Shown in pieces: positions 25,209 to 37,990 of a stretch of 64,000 nucleotides of DNA. How positions within the stretch are numbered: position 1 is the first letter of the stretch; every line of letters starts with the position of its first letter. The DNA comes from Phoronis australis (lineage: Eukaryota; Animalia; Phoronida). The stretch lies in contig NMRA01000192.1 in the NCBI GenBank assembly GCA_002633005.1, positions 146,512-210,511 of the forward strand. Direction: 5' to 3'. The position numbers and the translations under genes were made by a program. Below the pieces are notes generated by a model, which had not been told where the DNA came from, searched no databases, and was given only the letters and a program-made list of their open reading frames with translations.

Positions 25209-25770
25209 AGTAAGATTGATCTGAAACGACAGCCCTTACTTCATCCTACTGGTGTCTTACTACGTTCTCCATCCATACGGGAGTATGGTAATGCAAGATA
25301 CTGAACTTTGGAATGTCATATTCTGTTGAGATATTCCAGAAGATTATCAGTGAAGACGTAACTGTCATACCAAGGGCTAAGAATAACAGCGACGACGTCT
25401 ATGCAGCTGGAAGGAACGTTGACGAGAATGACAAGCGTTTGCGACAAGTTCTTGAGCGACTCAAGAATCGTAACCTGAAAGTCAGCCACTAGTTGTGTTG
25501 TTTTCGCACCTCAAGTATGTTTTCCTTCGATCATGTCTTCTCGATGAAACAATGTCCCCTAAGCCAAAGTAGCTTGACGGGATGCAGTTCCTAAAACCAA
25601 CTGCCAATGTTATCGAATTAAGGAGATTGTTAAGCTCGGCATCGTTCTGTTCACGTTATATCCGAGATTTTGCAATCATTGCTACGCCATTTTGAAAGCT
25701 GTCTCACAAAAAAACAACCATGGAAGTGGAGTAGTAAGATACAAGAGTCTTTTGCTGATCTCAGAACTGC
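25209..25770 (+). mobile_element. Decayed Ty3/Gypsy reverse transcriptase fragment
   Basis: SKIDLK...LTTFSIHTGVW*CKILNFGMSYSVEIFQKIISE...NNSDDVYAAG...NDKRLRQVLERLKNRNLKV...ELRRLLSSASFCSRYIRDFAIIATPF*KL...WKW, with stops and frameshifts. Confidence 0.8.
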
Positions 25771-28136
25771 AAAAACGTCACCACGTGTCTAAGACATGGA
25801 CGCAGCGTGCTACAAAGATTTGAAGCCGGGTCACTCGATCCAAACTGATGGTTTCTTGTGTCTTGAAAAGGATTGCAAAGTTACATGCATCTACGCAATT
25901 GGTCAGTGTTTTGAACAAAATGTTGTCCTTTTTTTCCTGTGGTAACGATCTGACAGCATTGGATTTGGTCACCTTTTTTGGACTTTTCGGACATTTTTTT
26001 CAAAGCAACAAATTTGAGTCTCAGCAAGACGCCCTCCTCGTTGTTTAGCAATATGAAAATGTTGCCGAAAATTCCCAATGGTACGTTACTTCCTCACGTT
26101 GACCCATATTCTGTTGTTTGTAATACTGCCCTTTTAGGCTTTAAGGTCAAGAAATTTGTCGAACAGGCTTGAACTTTTCTTTAATTATATACTGTCTCGA
26201 ATTGATTAAAAACACGGCTGTAGTTTCTATTGTACAGGTTGATATACACTTCCTCATACTCTCTATACAATTTCCGATCTTCCGGTGTGTAGTTGTAAAG
26301 CAAATTTGCTAATCGACATTACAAATAAACGAGTTAAAACAGTAGCTATATCTCGAAAGCACATGTCTCATCCTCAGGTAAAATGAGTGTCTTAGTCCTC
26401 AGTTCCATGAACAGCGTTGCATTGGACACACGGTATGCTCTCTCTTCCGACGGTTGTGCATGCTTTTGCAGGACGGAGCCATTCAAGACCAGTTTTACAT
26501 CAACATAACCAGAAATAACTGGAGAAGAAATAGCCGACAATACCACTATCCGCGATGTAGAAAGTGACACATTACGGTTAAAGATTGTGGAGTCTCTGTT
26601 AATCAGCCATGAAAAAACTACGCAGTTCCTAGACTACAAAATGTACGGTTTGTTTAAGCTGCTATAAATCCAATCTCTGTCAAAAAACTACTTTTATTTA
26701 GACCCGCCACGTACCATTGGTCTCTGGGCTTGGGACAAATTGACATTTCGTTATTGCCTGAGGCCGGACTAAATAAACTCGCTTGACCCGGCGGGTCATT
26801 GTGCACCGAACACAGCCTCAAACAACAAAATATCAGTTCATCCAAGTTCATCTCTTCAAATCTGACTAAGCAACAAATTAAGACGAGACAGTTATTTAAC
26901 ATTTTTATCAGAAGGCAGTTTCATAGCAGGTATAAGGAATTTAACCCGAAGGAAATTTGGAAGTCAAAAAAAAACCATACTGCGGAAAATTCTGAAAACT
27001 ACACTTGTGTTTGGATATTCGACCCACTTTCTTTGGGGTTAAGGGTAGCGTTCAAAAGTTAGGAGTGCTGAGCCTCGCCAAACAAACACTCGACAAAAAT
27101 AAAATGGCTACTACCTGGTCTGAAATACGTCAAATGCGTCCGAAAATGCGAAGGCGCCACCATCTCCTATGAGAGAACTCCGAAGATGAAGAGGAAAACG
27201 AAAAAATGACACAAGGAGGCACAGCACTGATCTGATCACTCCTAAAGTCGGCGTCATCTGGTGTCACCTTCATAGAAATACACTCACCAAATTTCGCAAA
27301 GATCCTGCAATGGGTATAACAGATACTGCCGCGGAGATAACAACTACAATCACGGGGCGCCAAAGTCGTCAGAGCAGTCCGGAAATTAACGTCAGCAGTA
27401 CTCATCTGAGTAGGATCACGTCTAGGTATTTTCGTTATTACCCTTTGGTCAGTTTTGCAGGTAAAGAAGCGAACGCCAAAAACATGAGACTCAAACTTAA
27501 TAGAAATGACTTCAAGCGGCGCGAAATACGTCGTATACATCCAAAGTTGGAAGACCTCGCCGCCTCCTCTGTAGAAAGCCATTTGCAAATTTCATGGAAA
27601 GCCGCCAAGGAACTCAAAAATCCAGGCAATTGCTACTAGGAGGTACAACGATAGTCGGATGCGCTGTCACGGTCATAAGAAGATTGAAAGATACAGCTTT
27701 TAAGGTCGGCTGGACGGACAGACGCCAGACAGACGGGCGGAAGAACGTCGGACGCCGGACAGAGATGACGCCAATATGTCATCACATATCAGTATGTGGG
27801 CACATAAAATATTATATCGAATTCTGAGATTTTTTCCTCTGATAATTTTAGTTGGCAACTTGAAATTACGTCAACAGAAACAAAGATATGCTTGCAACAT
27901 TCCAATTGTTATTTGTCTGACTGAGACACTGGATAAGACAATCTCGTTTTGTTGTATTTTCTTTCCCGTATTATGGAGTTACAATCTCTTATAATGCTAC
28001 TTTCTATTCCTGGGACGACTCAGTCGATTCCTCTTTGGCACCGGATTGGCAATGACAATGAGATACTATAATAATATACAATTGTGCTATTCGTGTCATT
28101 TTTCTTATCAGAACGTACGCCCGTATGAATCCACTT

Positions 28137-28694
28137 ACAATAGCCGCGCCATACTGACATTCACTTAAATCCGCCAGACGGCGATCAGGTCTTTGGTGGA
28201 CAGGCATTCACTAGTGCACTACACACTCCATGTAATGCGGACTTGAAATTTCAACCTACTGTATGATTAACAGCGTTTTAACACCTTTCCTGCTATCATA
28301 CTGCCGGAAAATTTCCAAGTTTGCGGTGAGATGTGCCAATGCAGTACGCAAAAAGGCAAACATTTGAAATATCAATTGTTGAGCCAGGCCGTCCTGCTCC
28401 ACACATTTCCCACTGCGAAGATGTATCCGCGACAAAGGTCAGTGGCTGCTTCTGATAAAGTGGGAGAATTTCGATCCCAGCCGTTGTCAAGAAGTTCAAT
28501 TAAATTAGTGAACTTGAACTAATCAAACAATTGGAGGGGCTGACAGTAGAATTTATTCCTCTGCTATATATTTATGAACAATAGAGACTACGTAGTAAGT
28601 GAATTTCTGTTCACTAAATCTGAGTCGAATCAACCGGAAGTCACTTTCTTGCTCTCATTACGCTAGAGAGCGCCGATATGAAAATTCCCCTATT
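28137..28694 (+). repeat. ~500-bp interspersed repeat, copy 1
   Basis: Diverged reverse-complement similarity to 48214-48678, with a partial copy at 49195-49325. Confidence 0.6.
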
Positions 28695-28859
28695 CATTCA
28701 GCTTGTGTCTACAGGAAGAGTACCTTTCTGTCTGAACACTAACCTAGTGTATAAACAGTTCATTTTAAGCAATACGATGAACAGTCTAAACACGTAAAGA
28801 TATATTAAAAACTACAAAACATGATTACAATATCGGCCTCATTCAAAAATTTAAGGATG

Positions 28860-30012
28860 TGTCTACTATGAAAAACTCTAAGGAGTACTGGAGAATTGTT
28901 AACAAAATAAGAGGCCACTCAGTTAATAACATGTTTCCTCATATCTTTTCTAATGACTTTCACAAACAAGTGGATACAACATCGGAAAAATGCACATTAT
29001 TTTTAAAAAAGACCACATGAATGCGACTAATCAAGACGTTGGTCCCTCAACTATCCTACGAACTACTACTGCAGAAGTTGAGAAAACTTCTTGAAGATAT
29101 CGACGTTAATAAATCAAATGGTTCAGAACTAACAACAAATGAAATGATAAAAATGATAGCTATTATCTGTACAGTACCTCTCACAAAACTATTCAACAAA
29201 ATTCTGTTGTTAGGCCATTATCCTTCCGATTGGAAGTTGGGAATAATGGTACCACTTCACAAGAAGGACTGCAAGTCAGAAGTGTCAAATTATCGCACCA
29301 CCACACTTTTAACACCTTCTCCAAAATTCTAGAAAAGATTATATTTAGAAAATTCCTTGGATATTTAAACTCACACGATGTCATATACCCACTGCAATTT
29401 GGCTTTCTATCAGGAAAAAGTGCAACTTCCCAACTTATTATCCATGTAATACATTTACAGTTTGAAAATAACAATAATGTCAGGTCTGTTTTTCTCGACT
29501 TAGCCTCTGCCTTCGACATCATCCCACATGACCTATCCTGTACTCCGCATCTACAGAGCGCGAGTTGATGGCGTGTATTCAATGTCGTCTCCTCCGGGTT
29601 ACGCGAACGTGGGTTTGCCCCAGGGCAGTGTTCTTGGTTCATTACTTTTTCTTCTATACATCAATGATCTTCCCGACAATGTCTCATGTAAAACCTATCC
29701 ATACGCAGATGGCACATCTTTATTTCTTCCTTTCCCAATGACAATCCACAACAATCTGTGAGATTACAGAAATCTCTCTATGAATGCTCACTGTCGTGAT
29801 CTAGTTGATAAGATTCAAAACTTGTTGAATACAATCAAACTTGTATCAAGACACATAAACAAAATACACCTGGAAGTTTTGTTCAATGCATTTGTCCTAC
29901 CCCACTTTCACTATGGATACATTATCTATCAATCCGCTGGCATTGGTGTTCTATTCCAGTTAGATCGTTTGCTGCCGTATCAGGCTGCACTTTCAATCTC
30001 AGGATCATTTAA
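28860..30012 (+). mobile_element. Non-LTR retrotransposon (CR1/L2-like LINE) ORF2 RT pseudogene, copy 1
   Basis: WKLGIMVPLHKK...[52 protein letters not shown] and YADG motifs, with frameshifts and deletions. Confidence 0.88.
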
Positions 30013-30725
30013 AGTGTAATTTGCAAGGTCCAAGTATGTTAAATTGCAATAATATCTTCAAGGTATTGCTATTTGGATGTATTTTATTCAAATCATCGTA
30101 TTATTGTATCTTTAGTTATTTTAAAAAAGCGAAAATAAGAAAATGCGCGAAAAGTTGACCTTTGACACCGTGACATGGTGTTGGGGAACACAAACCAGAT
30201 CATATCCCACAATGCAGTTCACTACTATTATATCACAGTACACGAAGAACAAAGACCGTTCAACCTTGGCGTGTTTTAGCCATGGTGCATTGGTGTGTGT
30301 GTGCTATTTTAACACCACCCGGGTGGAAGGCATAAGCCCATTTAAATTCTAAAAAGACAAACATCTGGCTGCGTACTGGCAGGTTTTCGTGTGCTCTGCT
30401 CGTCTTTTGAAAATGACTGTCGAGTCAGCCATCTGTCGGAGCCGAAATATGCTCCGACCATTTTGAGGACGGCTGCTTTGACGACAAACACATCATAAAG
30501 GTTGAAGCTGGTCTTATAAAAAAGTAAGTTACCTTGAGAATTTTGATGCCTAATAATTCATGACGCTTTCGCAGTGCCTGAACAATAACAATCTTTTTTC
30601 ACAATCACCGTAGTTCTCAAGTGTTTAAAATCTGTTGCTTTTTCCGTAAAAGATTTAGTTATTAATGATCAGTAAAACTAAAAGTCACAACAAATAAAGC
30701 TGATCTCAAAAGATGCATGTATTTN

Positions 30726-31620
30726 GGAAGTTGGGAATAATGGTACCACTTCACAAGAAGGACTGCAAGTCAGAAGTGTCAAATTATCGCACCACCACAC
30801 TTCTAACACCTTCTCCAAAATTCTAGAAAAGATTATATTTAGAAAATTCCTTGGACATTTAAACTCACACGATGCCATATACCCACTGCAATTTGGATTT
30901 CTATCAGGAAAAAGTGCAACTTCCCAACTTATTATCCATGTAATACATTTACAGTTTGAAAATAACAATAATGTCAGGTCTGTTTTCCTCGACTTAGTAG
31001 CCTCTGCCTTCGTCATCATCCCACTTGACCTATCCTGTACTCCGCATCTACAGAGCGCGAGTTGATAGCGTGTATTCAATGTCGTCTCCTCCGGGTTACG
31101 CGAACGTGGGTGTGCCCCAGGGCAGTGTTCTTGGCTCATTACTTTTTCTTCTATACATCAATGATCTTCCCGACAATATCTCATGTAAAACCTATCCATA
31201 CGCAGATGGCACATCTTTATTTCTTCCTTTCCCCAATGACAATCCACAACAATAAGTGAGATTACAGAAATCTCTCTATGAATGCTCACTGTCGTGATCT
31301 AGTTGATAAGATTCAAAACTTGTTGAATACAATGAAACTTGTATCAAGACACCTAAACAAAATACACCTGGAAGTTTTGTTCAATGCATTTGTCCTACCC
31401 CAGTTTGACTATGGATACATTATCTATCAATCCGCTGGCATTGGTGTTCTATTCCAGTTAGATCGTTTGCTGCCGTATCAGGCTGCACTTTCAATCTCAG
31501 GATAATTTAAAGGTTCAGATAAAAAGGTTCTCAATAGCTTGAATTGGTCTACACGTTCTCAAAGTATGAAACTACACTTAACCATGTACACATTCAACGC
31601 TCTCAATAACACAAAAACAA
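30726..31620 (+). mobile_element. LINE RT pseudogene, copy 2 (near-identical to 29232-30012, extends further 3')
   Basis: Begins at a single N (30725) and carries the same lesions as copy 1. Contains [21 protein letters not shown]. Confidence 0.88.
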
Positions 31621-31726
31621 TGCGTCTAATAAGCTTATATTTAACGAATATGAAAGAGAATGCAGGAGGCCTGGCCTGATGAATATCTTACTTTCACTAT
31701 CACCCCGTCACACTCCAGGGCCACTC

Positions 31727-32581
31727 CAGTGGCGGATCTAGGATATCACAAGGGGGGGGCCCAACATTTTGTCCGGCTGTAAGCATTTGCGCAAACTGAA
31801 CCACGATTGTAGATGCGCATAGCAGCGAATGGGGAGAGGTCGGGATGGGGGTTTGCCCCCCTCCCGCCTAGGAAATTTTTCTGTTTTTACCTCTAAAATA
31901 CAAGCATTTTCCTTGATTCCTGAAGTAATATCCAAGAAAAAAGGAAAAAAGAAAAGAAAAACACGGAGAACGTGTCAAACAGGAAAAAATTACAAGTTCC
32001 AAAGACTCGAACTCACGACCTGGCGGATAGAGCACGCGTGCGTTACCAATTCACCACCACGACTTAACTACTAATCTCATACTAAGAAACCTGCTTGTTT
32101 ATGGTCCACAGCGTTTGCTCGCGAAACCTACTTCTCTTTGTGATGCTTATTACATGTTTTATATTTTGTGCCATCAATTCTTAACAAATTTGTCGTATTT
32201 AAAATAGGCTTCAAATGCCCAAAAGACCAAATCCGTTTTTCGTGTTGGCAATAATAACGGCATTTTTTGGAAATCGTCTTCTGGTTTGACAAAGAGAATA
32301 TTGCGAGTTTCTGAGTGATCCACTAAAGCTTCGATTAAAATTCACATCTTACCTGCAGCTTCTGTTTTTTCATCGTCACTCAGGTTACATTTTCTTTAAA
32401 AAATGAAGTAAATTTTCTTCATTGCACAGTGGAACAGACGACGGAAACGGAGTCGTAGTGCGCAGCGCCACTGCCGGTCGCCTGGGATATCGCGGGAGAG
32501 CCTATATACTTAGCCATAGTTCTGTTACGAATGCGCCGCGTTCCGAATCTGACACTTGAAATTGGATTTGAGCCCCCCCCC
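31727..32581 (+). mobile_element. Non-autonomous hAT-like element, copy 1 (ends in a gap)
   Basis: Starts CAGTGGCGGATCTAGG and is highly similar to 51960-52692. Carries a tRNA-like segment on the minus strand (~32000-32062). Confidence 0.7.
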
Positions 32582-33136
32582 NNNNNNNNNNNNNNNNNNN
32601 NNNNNNNNNNNNNNNNNNNNNNNNNNNNNNNNNNNNNNNNNNNNNNNNNNNNNNNNNNNNNNNNNNNNNNNNNNNNNNNNNNNNNNNNNNNNNNNNNNNN
32701 NNNNNNNNNNNNNNNNNNNNNNNNNNNNNNNNNNNNNNNNNNNNNNNNNNNNNNNNNNNNNNNNNNNNNNNNNNNNNNNNNNNNNNNNNNNNNNNNNNNN
32801 NNNNNNNNNNNNNNNNNNNNNNNNNNNNNNNNNNNNNNNNNNNNNNNNNNNNNNNNNNNNNNNNNNNNNNNNNNNNNNNNNNNNNNNNNNNNNNNNNNNN
32901 NNNNNNNNNNNNNNNNNNNNNNNNNNNNNNNNNNNNNNNNNNNNNNNNNNNNNNNNNNNNNNNNNNNNNNNNNNNNNNNNNNNNNNNNNNNNNNNNNNNN
33001 NNNNNNNNNNNNNNNNNNNNNNNNNNNNNNNNNNNNNNNNNNNNNNNNNNNNNNNNNNNNNNNNNNNNNNNNNNNNNNNNNNNNNNNNNNNNNNNNNNNN
33101 NNNNNNNNNNNNNNNNNNNNNNNNNNNNNNNNNNNN
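32582..33136. other. Assembly gap (others: 2711-2863 and 52693-52975; single Ns at 30725, 34371, 38649, 61696)
   Basis: Runs of N. Confidence 0.99.
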
Positions 33137-33336
33137 TCTCTATAGATTACGCTCTAGACTTCTACTTAACTACAATTAATTTTCAACAAAGACAGGGACT
33201 GAATCCCGTAGTTTGCTAAATAAAGCTAATAACCTTATTAATGGTTCAAGTTAATTCTGTAGATACTAATCTTATGCTGCTTCATTCCGTCACATCATTT
33301 GTTTATAATAGTCTGTTGTTGTATTGAAGTATTATA

Positions 33337-35149
33337 CACCGGTGACCTAAAGTCGTGAATATAAGCATAATAAGCAGTTGATTGTCATACTACCCAGTGC
33401 CCGTTTGCAACTGCTCATGTGATGTCATGGACATATATCAGCCTTCATAAATATACGTGTTTTGACAATCTTAATCCTTGTTTGTATCCGTAAGCAGAGT
33501 TTTAAAACTGTCGCTGATATCGCCGGCCATTTTGAATGAGGCATGTAGATATCGCAACACTCTACAACTTTATGTCCTCACTTGGCCGTTGGCCATTTTT
33601 CTTAATGACCACACTTACGTCGATGCAGGGTCACCAACCTTGAAATGCAATAACGTCACTGTTCTTCTTCACGAATTTAATTTCTAACGTTTTCAGTAAC
33701 ATCACGGCAGTCAAGTAACTGACTTGCTGTGAACCTGCAGTGGAACTCACGTGCAGAGTAATGGCGGAAGGCTATACGACTTTCAGGGCCAGAATTCGGA
33801 AACTTGACCATCAACTAGAAGAAGATTGCAAGGATTAAACATTATTTACACACTTAAATTTTCTACGACTTCGTATCCGACTATATGAACACAAAAGTCG
33901 TGCCGGAGCACATGTAGTAACAGTTACCCATTTATTGAGTGATGCACAAAAACATAATACAGCAAAGTTCAGCCCGGAAACCGGGCAATAAACACACAAT
34001 AATAAATGGGAATATTAAATTGTTATCATTATACAAATGAAAAAGAGAAATATGACGTTGACTTATACCGCCAGAGGTCCTAAAGTCGTGAGTGCCCTAA
34101 AGTCGTGAACGATCTTATTTCCTCTTCTGCGCGGTCCTGCGACATCTGGCGTTGAAGTTTCCAGCGTTCGTCTGCTTACGAACGTCAAACGAATACCCGG
34201 ACGTGTTCGTATTCACACTATGATAACAAACAGTGAGTGAGTGGCTTCTTTTTTCAAATGTATCTTAAAAACAGCATATTTCACTAATTCACTTTTTGGG
34301 TATTTTTGGGATATATTTTCGAAAATATTTAACGTTCAGATTTACTCAAACACGCGCTCCAGGGGTAGCTNCCTTTTCAATTTAGCCGGTGGAGCGTGAG
34401 ACCCCTGAGGTCCCAATCGAGTCCTCACGACAACTTCGCGTTATGTCTTACGAACGTCAAACGAATACCCGGACGTGTTCGTATTCACAATATGATAACA
34501 GACAGTGAGTGAGTGGGTTCTTTTTTCAAATGTATCTTAAAAACAGCATATTTCACTACTTCACTTTTTTGTGCACTTTTGGGATACATTTTCGAAAACA
34601 TTTATCGTTCAGATTTACTCAAACACGCGCTCCAGTAGCTTGAACAATGTATCAAAATGTCCCAGGGTCGATCAAGTTTTGTAAGGCCAAAACAATAAAA
34701 TACAGAGCGATAATTGATGCTGGGTTCTTAGCGATTTACGTGAGCAACCTCATTGAAAACGTCTGTGCACATCAAAGTTGGGTGCAAAACATATAACAGT
34801 TTATTTCAATTGAAACTGAATTAATAAAACATGCATGCTTATGTCATCTAGAGTAACTGTAAGCACTGTAGTTGACTGGTGTGGTCATACTTCGTGCATT
34901 TCCGTCTAAACGAAACGTTCACGACTTTAGGGCCTCATTCAAAATGGCCGGCGAATATCAGCGACTGTTTTAAAACTTTGCTTACGGATACAAACAAAGA
35001 TTAAGATTGTCAAAACACGTATATTTGTGAAGGCTAATACATGTCCATGACATCACATGAGCAGTTGCAATCGGACATTGGGTAGTATGACAATCAACTG
35101 CTTAGGCCTATTATGCTTATACTGTATTCACGACTTTAGGTCACCGGTG
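33337..35149. mobile_element. Tc1/mariner-like non-autonomous element with ~210-bp IR-DR terminal repeats
   Basis: TA|CACCGGTGACCTAAAGTCGTGAAT ... ATTCACGACTTTAGGTCACCGGTG|TA. The TIRs are 33337-33542 and 34932-35149, and the motif CCTAAAGTCGTGA is repeated internally. Confidence 0.8.
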
Positions 35150-35859
35150 TATACATCCGAAAATTTCAGTTGATCCATTCTTGTTTTATTTACCTATATA
35201 TATTCTACACTATGAGATAGGGAAACGAAAAAGGTCTAAGCGGTTATAACAAAGTCGAAATCCTTTGACCCGTTTTTATAATGGTAACATCAAACGGTCT
35301 CTCGCCTCATCTTAGCTTTCTCAAACAACGTCATTAAAGTCACCTGTCATCTCGTTAGCCAATAGTCAGCCAGCTCCTATGAGCTACGAGTTCACAATGT
35401 AAATATCAGAGTGACAAGGCCAGTGGTACAAATTCGAATCTGAGGGAATAAGTTCTTTCGAAGGGCTAAATTTCCGCGCAGTTTCTTTGCCGTAATATTT
35501 ATGAATGTAAATGTATTCACGCGGTCGCAATTTTGACGTCTGCTGGCAAATATCTTAGAACAATTCCAGTAACATACGTTTGTATCAATATAGGCAATTT
35601 TAAACTTGTCTGAGTATTAGTTCGCCAACCGAGAGTAGACTCCACCTTAATCAGTAGTCCAAGCCTTCACAGGGTTCGAAGTCTCTATCTCAAAAGTGCA
35701 GAATTTAGTCTTGAATATGACTCTGATCAAATTACTTGTGGCTATGCCAGTGATTATGGGTTCTCGACTAATTATACGACAATTTGTAAAGTACCTCCAC
35801 TTAAAGACGCTTTTAACGGGGTTTGCGAATGGGGAATAGCTGCCAGCCAAGTAGCTGTT

Positions 35860-37990
35860 TGCAGACTGTCGTCAAAGTATAGCCAGGTACAGCCTTTGTA
35901 CAAAGATGTATACTAAATATACATCTTTGAACCGATGCCGGTAAAAAAGTGGTAAGATAAAATCTGACGCAAAATTAGTGTCATTAAAAACTACTGTCTT
36001 CCTTGAGAAAACTAAATTATCTAACGTTGTTCGAAAAAAATGGCGTTCTACTGTTATTTTTGTGGAGCGATATTTAGCGACGGCTTTCGGCGCCATGAAA
36101 TATTGCGTTACCTACATGCATTGGCCAGTTTCTTATTTCGCGGATTCTTCAATCAATTGTTCTTCGTTAAAGAAGTTGCGTACACGTCACAAAAAATTAT
36201 CGAAACTGGTTTCACTTCATTATAAGATTTTAGAATTTTGATACCGAAAAACCGAGTTTCAAAAGTAATTTTGCTGCTGCCAAGATATCATCTCCCGAGA
36301 GATGTCGAATATGTTTAGGAAATGGCGCGTGCGTGCGACACGAGCGTACTGTTTTCGAAACGATGACATACTTTTCATTGTTAGAAAAGACGGAGAGTTA
36401 CGCAAGAAAATGACGTTTAGTGCATTGTTTTTCACTTAAACGGCTGTAACGGGCAAGTTGAGTGTCGGTTGATTCCCAGATTTTGCATGCACCCCGTCCG
36501 GTTTTTAGTTTTACATGTTGATACAAGCTTCACGGTTAGGTGACGAGCAGAACTACCCTGCCTTTGTGCAATTTCGGGGTCTATGGAAGAAATACACACA
36601 GTGGTACCTAGCTGTATTTTGACGATAGTCTTCTTACAGCTAGCTTGCTGGTAGCCTTGATACAAAGCTGCATATATATAAATATACAGCTTTGCACCGA
36701 TGCAGGTAAAAAAGTGGTAAGATAAAATCTGACACAAAATTAGCATCATTAAAAACTACGGTCTTCCTTGAGTAATTTAAATTATCTAACGGTGTTGGCA
36801 AAAATGGCGTTCTACCGTTATTCTGCTGCTAAAGTTGTGGAGCGATCTTTAGCGATCGCTTTCGGCGCCATGAAATTTTGCGTCACCTATTGGCCAGTTT
36901 ATTTTTCGCCAATTCTTCAATCAACTGTTGTTCTTTCACTAGGTTGCGTACACGTCACAACAAATTATTAGAACTGGTTTCACCTCATTAAAAGTTTTTA
37001 GAATTTTGGTACCAAAAAATCGAATTTCAGAAGAAATTTTGTTGCTTCCAAGCTATCCTTATCTCCCGGGAGATGTCGCAAAAATTTAAGAAATGGCGCG
37101 TGCGCGTGACACGAGCGTACTGTTTTCAAAACGACGAAATACTTTTCATTGTTAGAAAAGGCGGAGAGTTACGCAAGAAAATGCCGTTAATTACATTGTT
37201 TTTCACTTAAACGGCTGTGACGGGCAAGGTGAGTGTCGGTTGGCTCCCAGATTTTGCATGCACACCGTCCGGTCTTTAGCTTTACATGTTGATGCAAGTT
37301 TCACGGCGCGGTGACGAGCAGAACTACCCTGGCTGTGTGCAATTTCGGGGTCTACGGAAGAAATACACGCAGTGGGACCTAGCTGTATTTTGACGACAGT
37401 CTTCATACAGCTAGCTGGCTGGCTAGCTTGCTGGCTAAGCTAGGTACCACTGCGTGTATTTCTTCCGCAGACTCCGAAATTGCACGCAGCCAGGGTAGCT
37501 CTGCTCGTCACCTCGCCATGATACTTATATCAACATGTAAAGCTAAAGACCGGACGGGGTGCATGCAAAATCTGGGAATCAACCGACACTCACCTTGCGC
37601 GTTACAGCCGTTTAAGTGAAAAACAATGTAATTAACGTCATATTCTTGGGTAACTCTCCGCCTTTTCAAACAATGAAAAGTATGTCATAGTTTTGAAAAC
37701 AGTACGCTCGTGTCACGCGCACGCGCCATTTCCTAATGTTTTGCGACTTCTCTAGGGAGATGTTCATATCTTAGCAGCAGCAAAATTTCTTCTGAAATTC
37801 AGTTTTGCAGTANCGTGTCACGCGCACGCGCCATTTCCTAATGTTTTGCGACTTCTCTAGGGAGATGTTCATATCTTAGCAGCAGCAAATTTTCTCCTGA
37901 AATTCAGTTTTGCAGTATCAAAAATCTAAAACTTATAATGAAGTGAAACCAGCTCAGATAATTTGTTGTGACGTGTGCGCAACCTTCTGA
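35860..37990. repeat. Two ~766-bp tandem units followed by an inverted partial third unit
   Basis: 35935 onward matches 36701 onward. 36945-37384 is the reverse complement of 37438-37985, with a ~100-bp internal duplication near 37709 and 37815. Confidence 0.8.

Noticed and set aside
25780-27640. Possible decayed transposase or gene fragments (e.g. VRSLPQEKKDNIL; ORF 27130-27588)
   Set aside because: No convincing catalytic or family motif could be read; left unassigned.
32531-33179. ~200-aa ORFs
   Set aside because: Almost entirely N gap.
34176-34633. ~165-bp direct repeat
   Set aside because: Straddles a single-N contig join (34371); likely an allelic overlap or assembly artefact.
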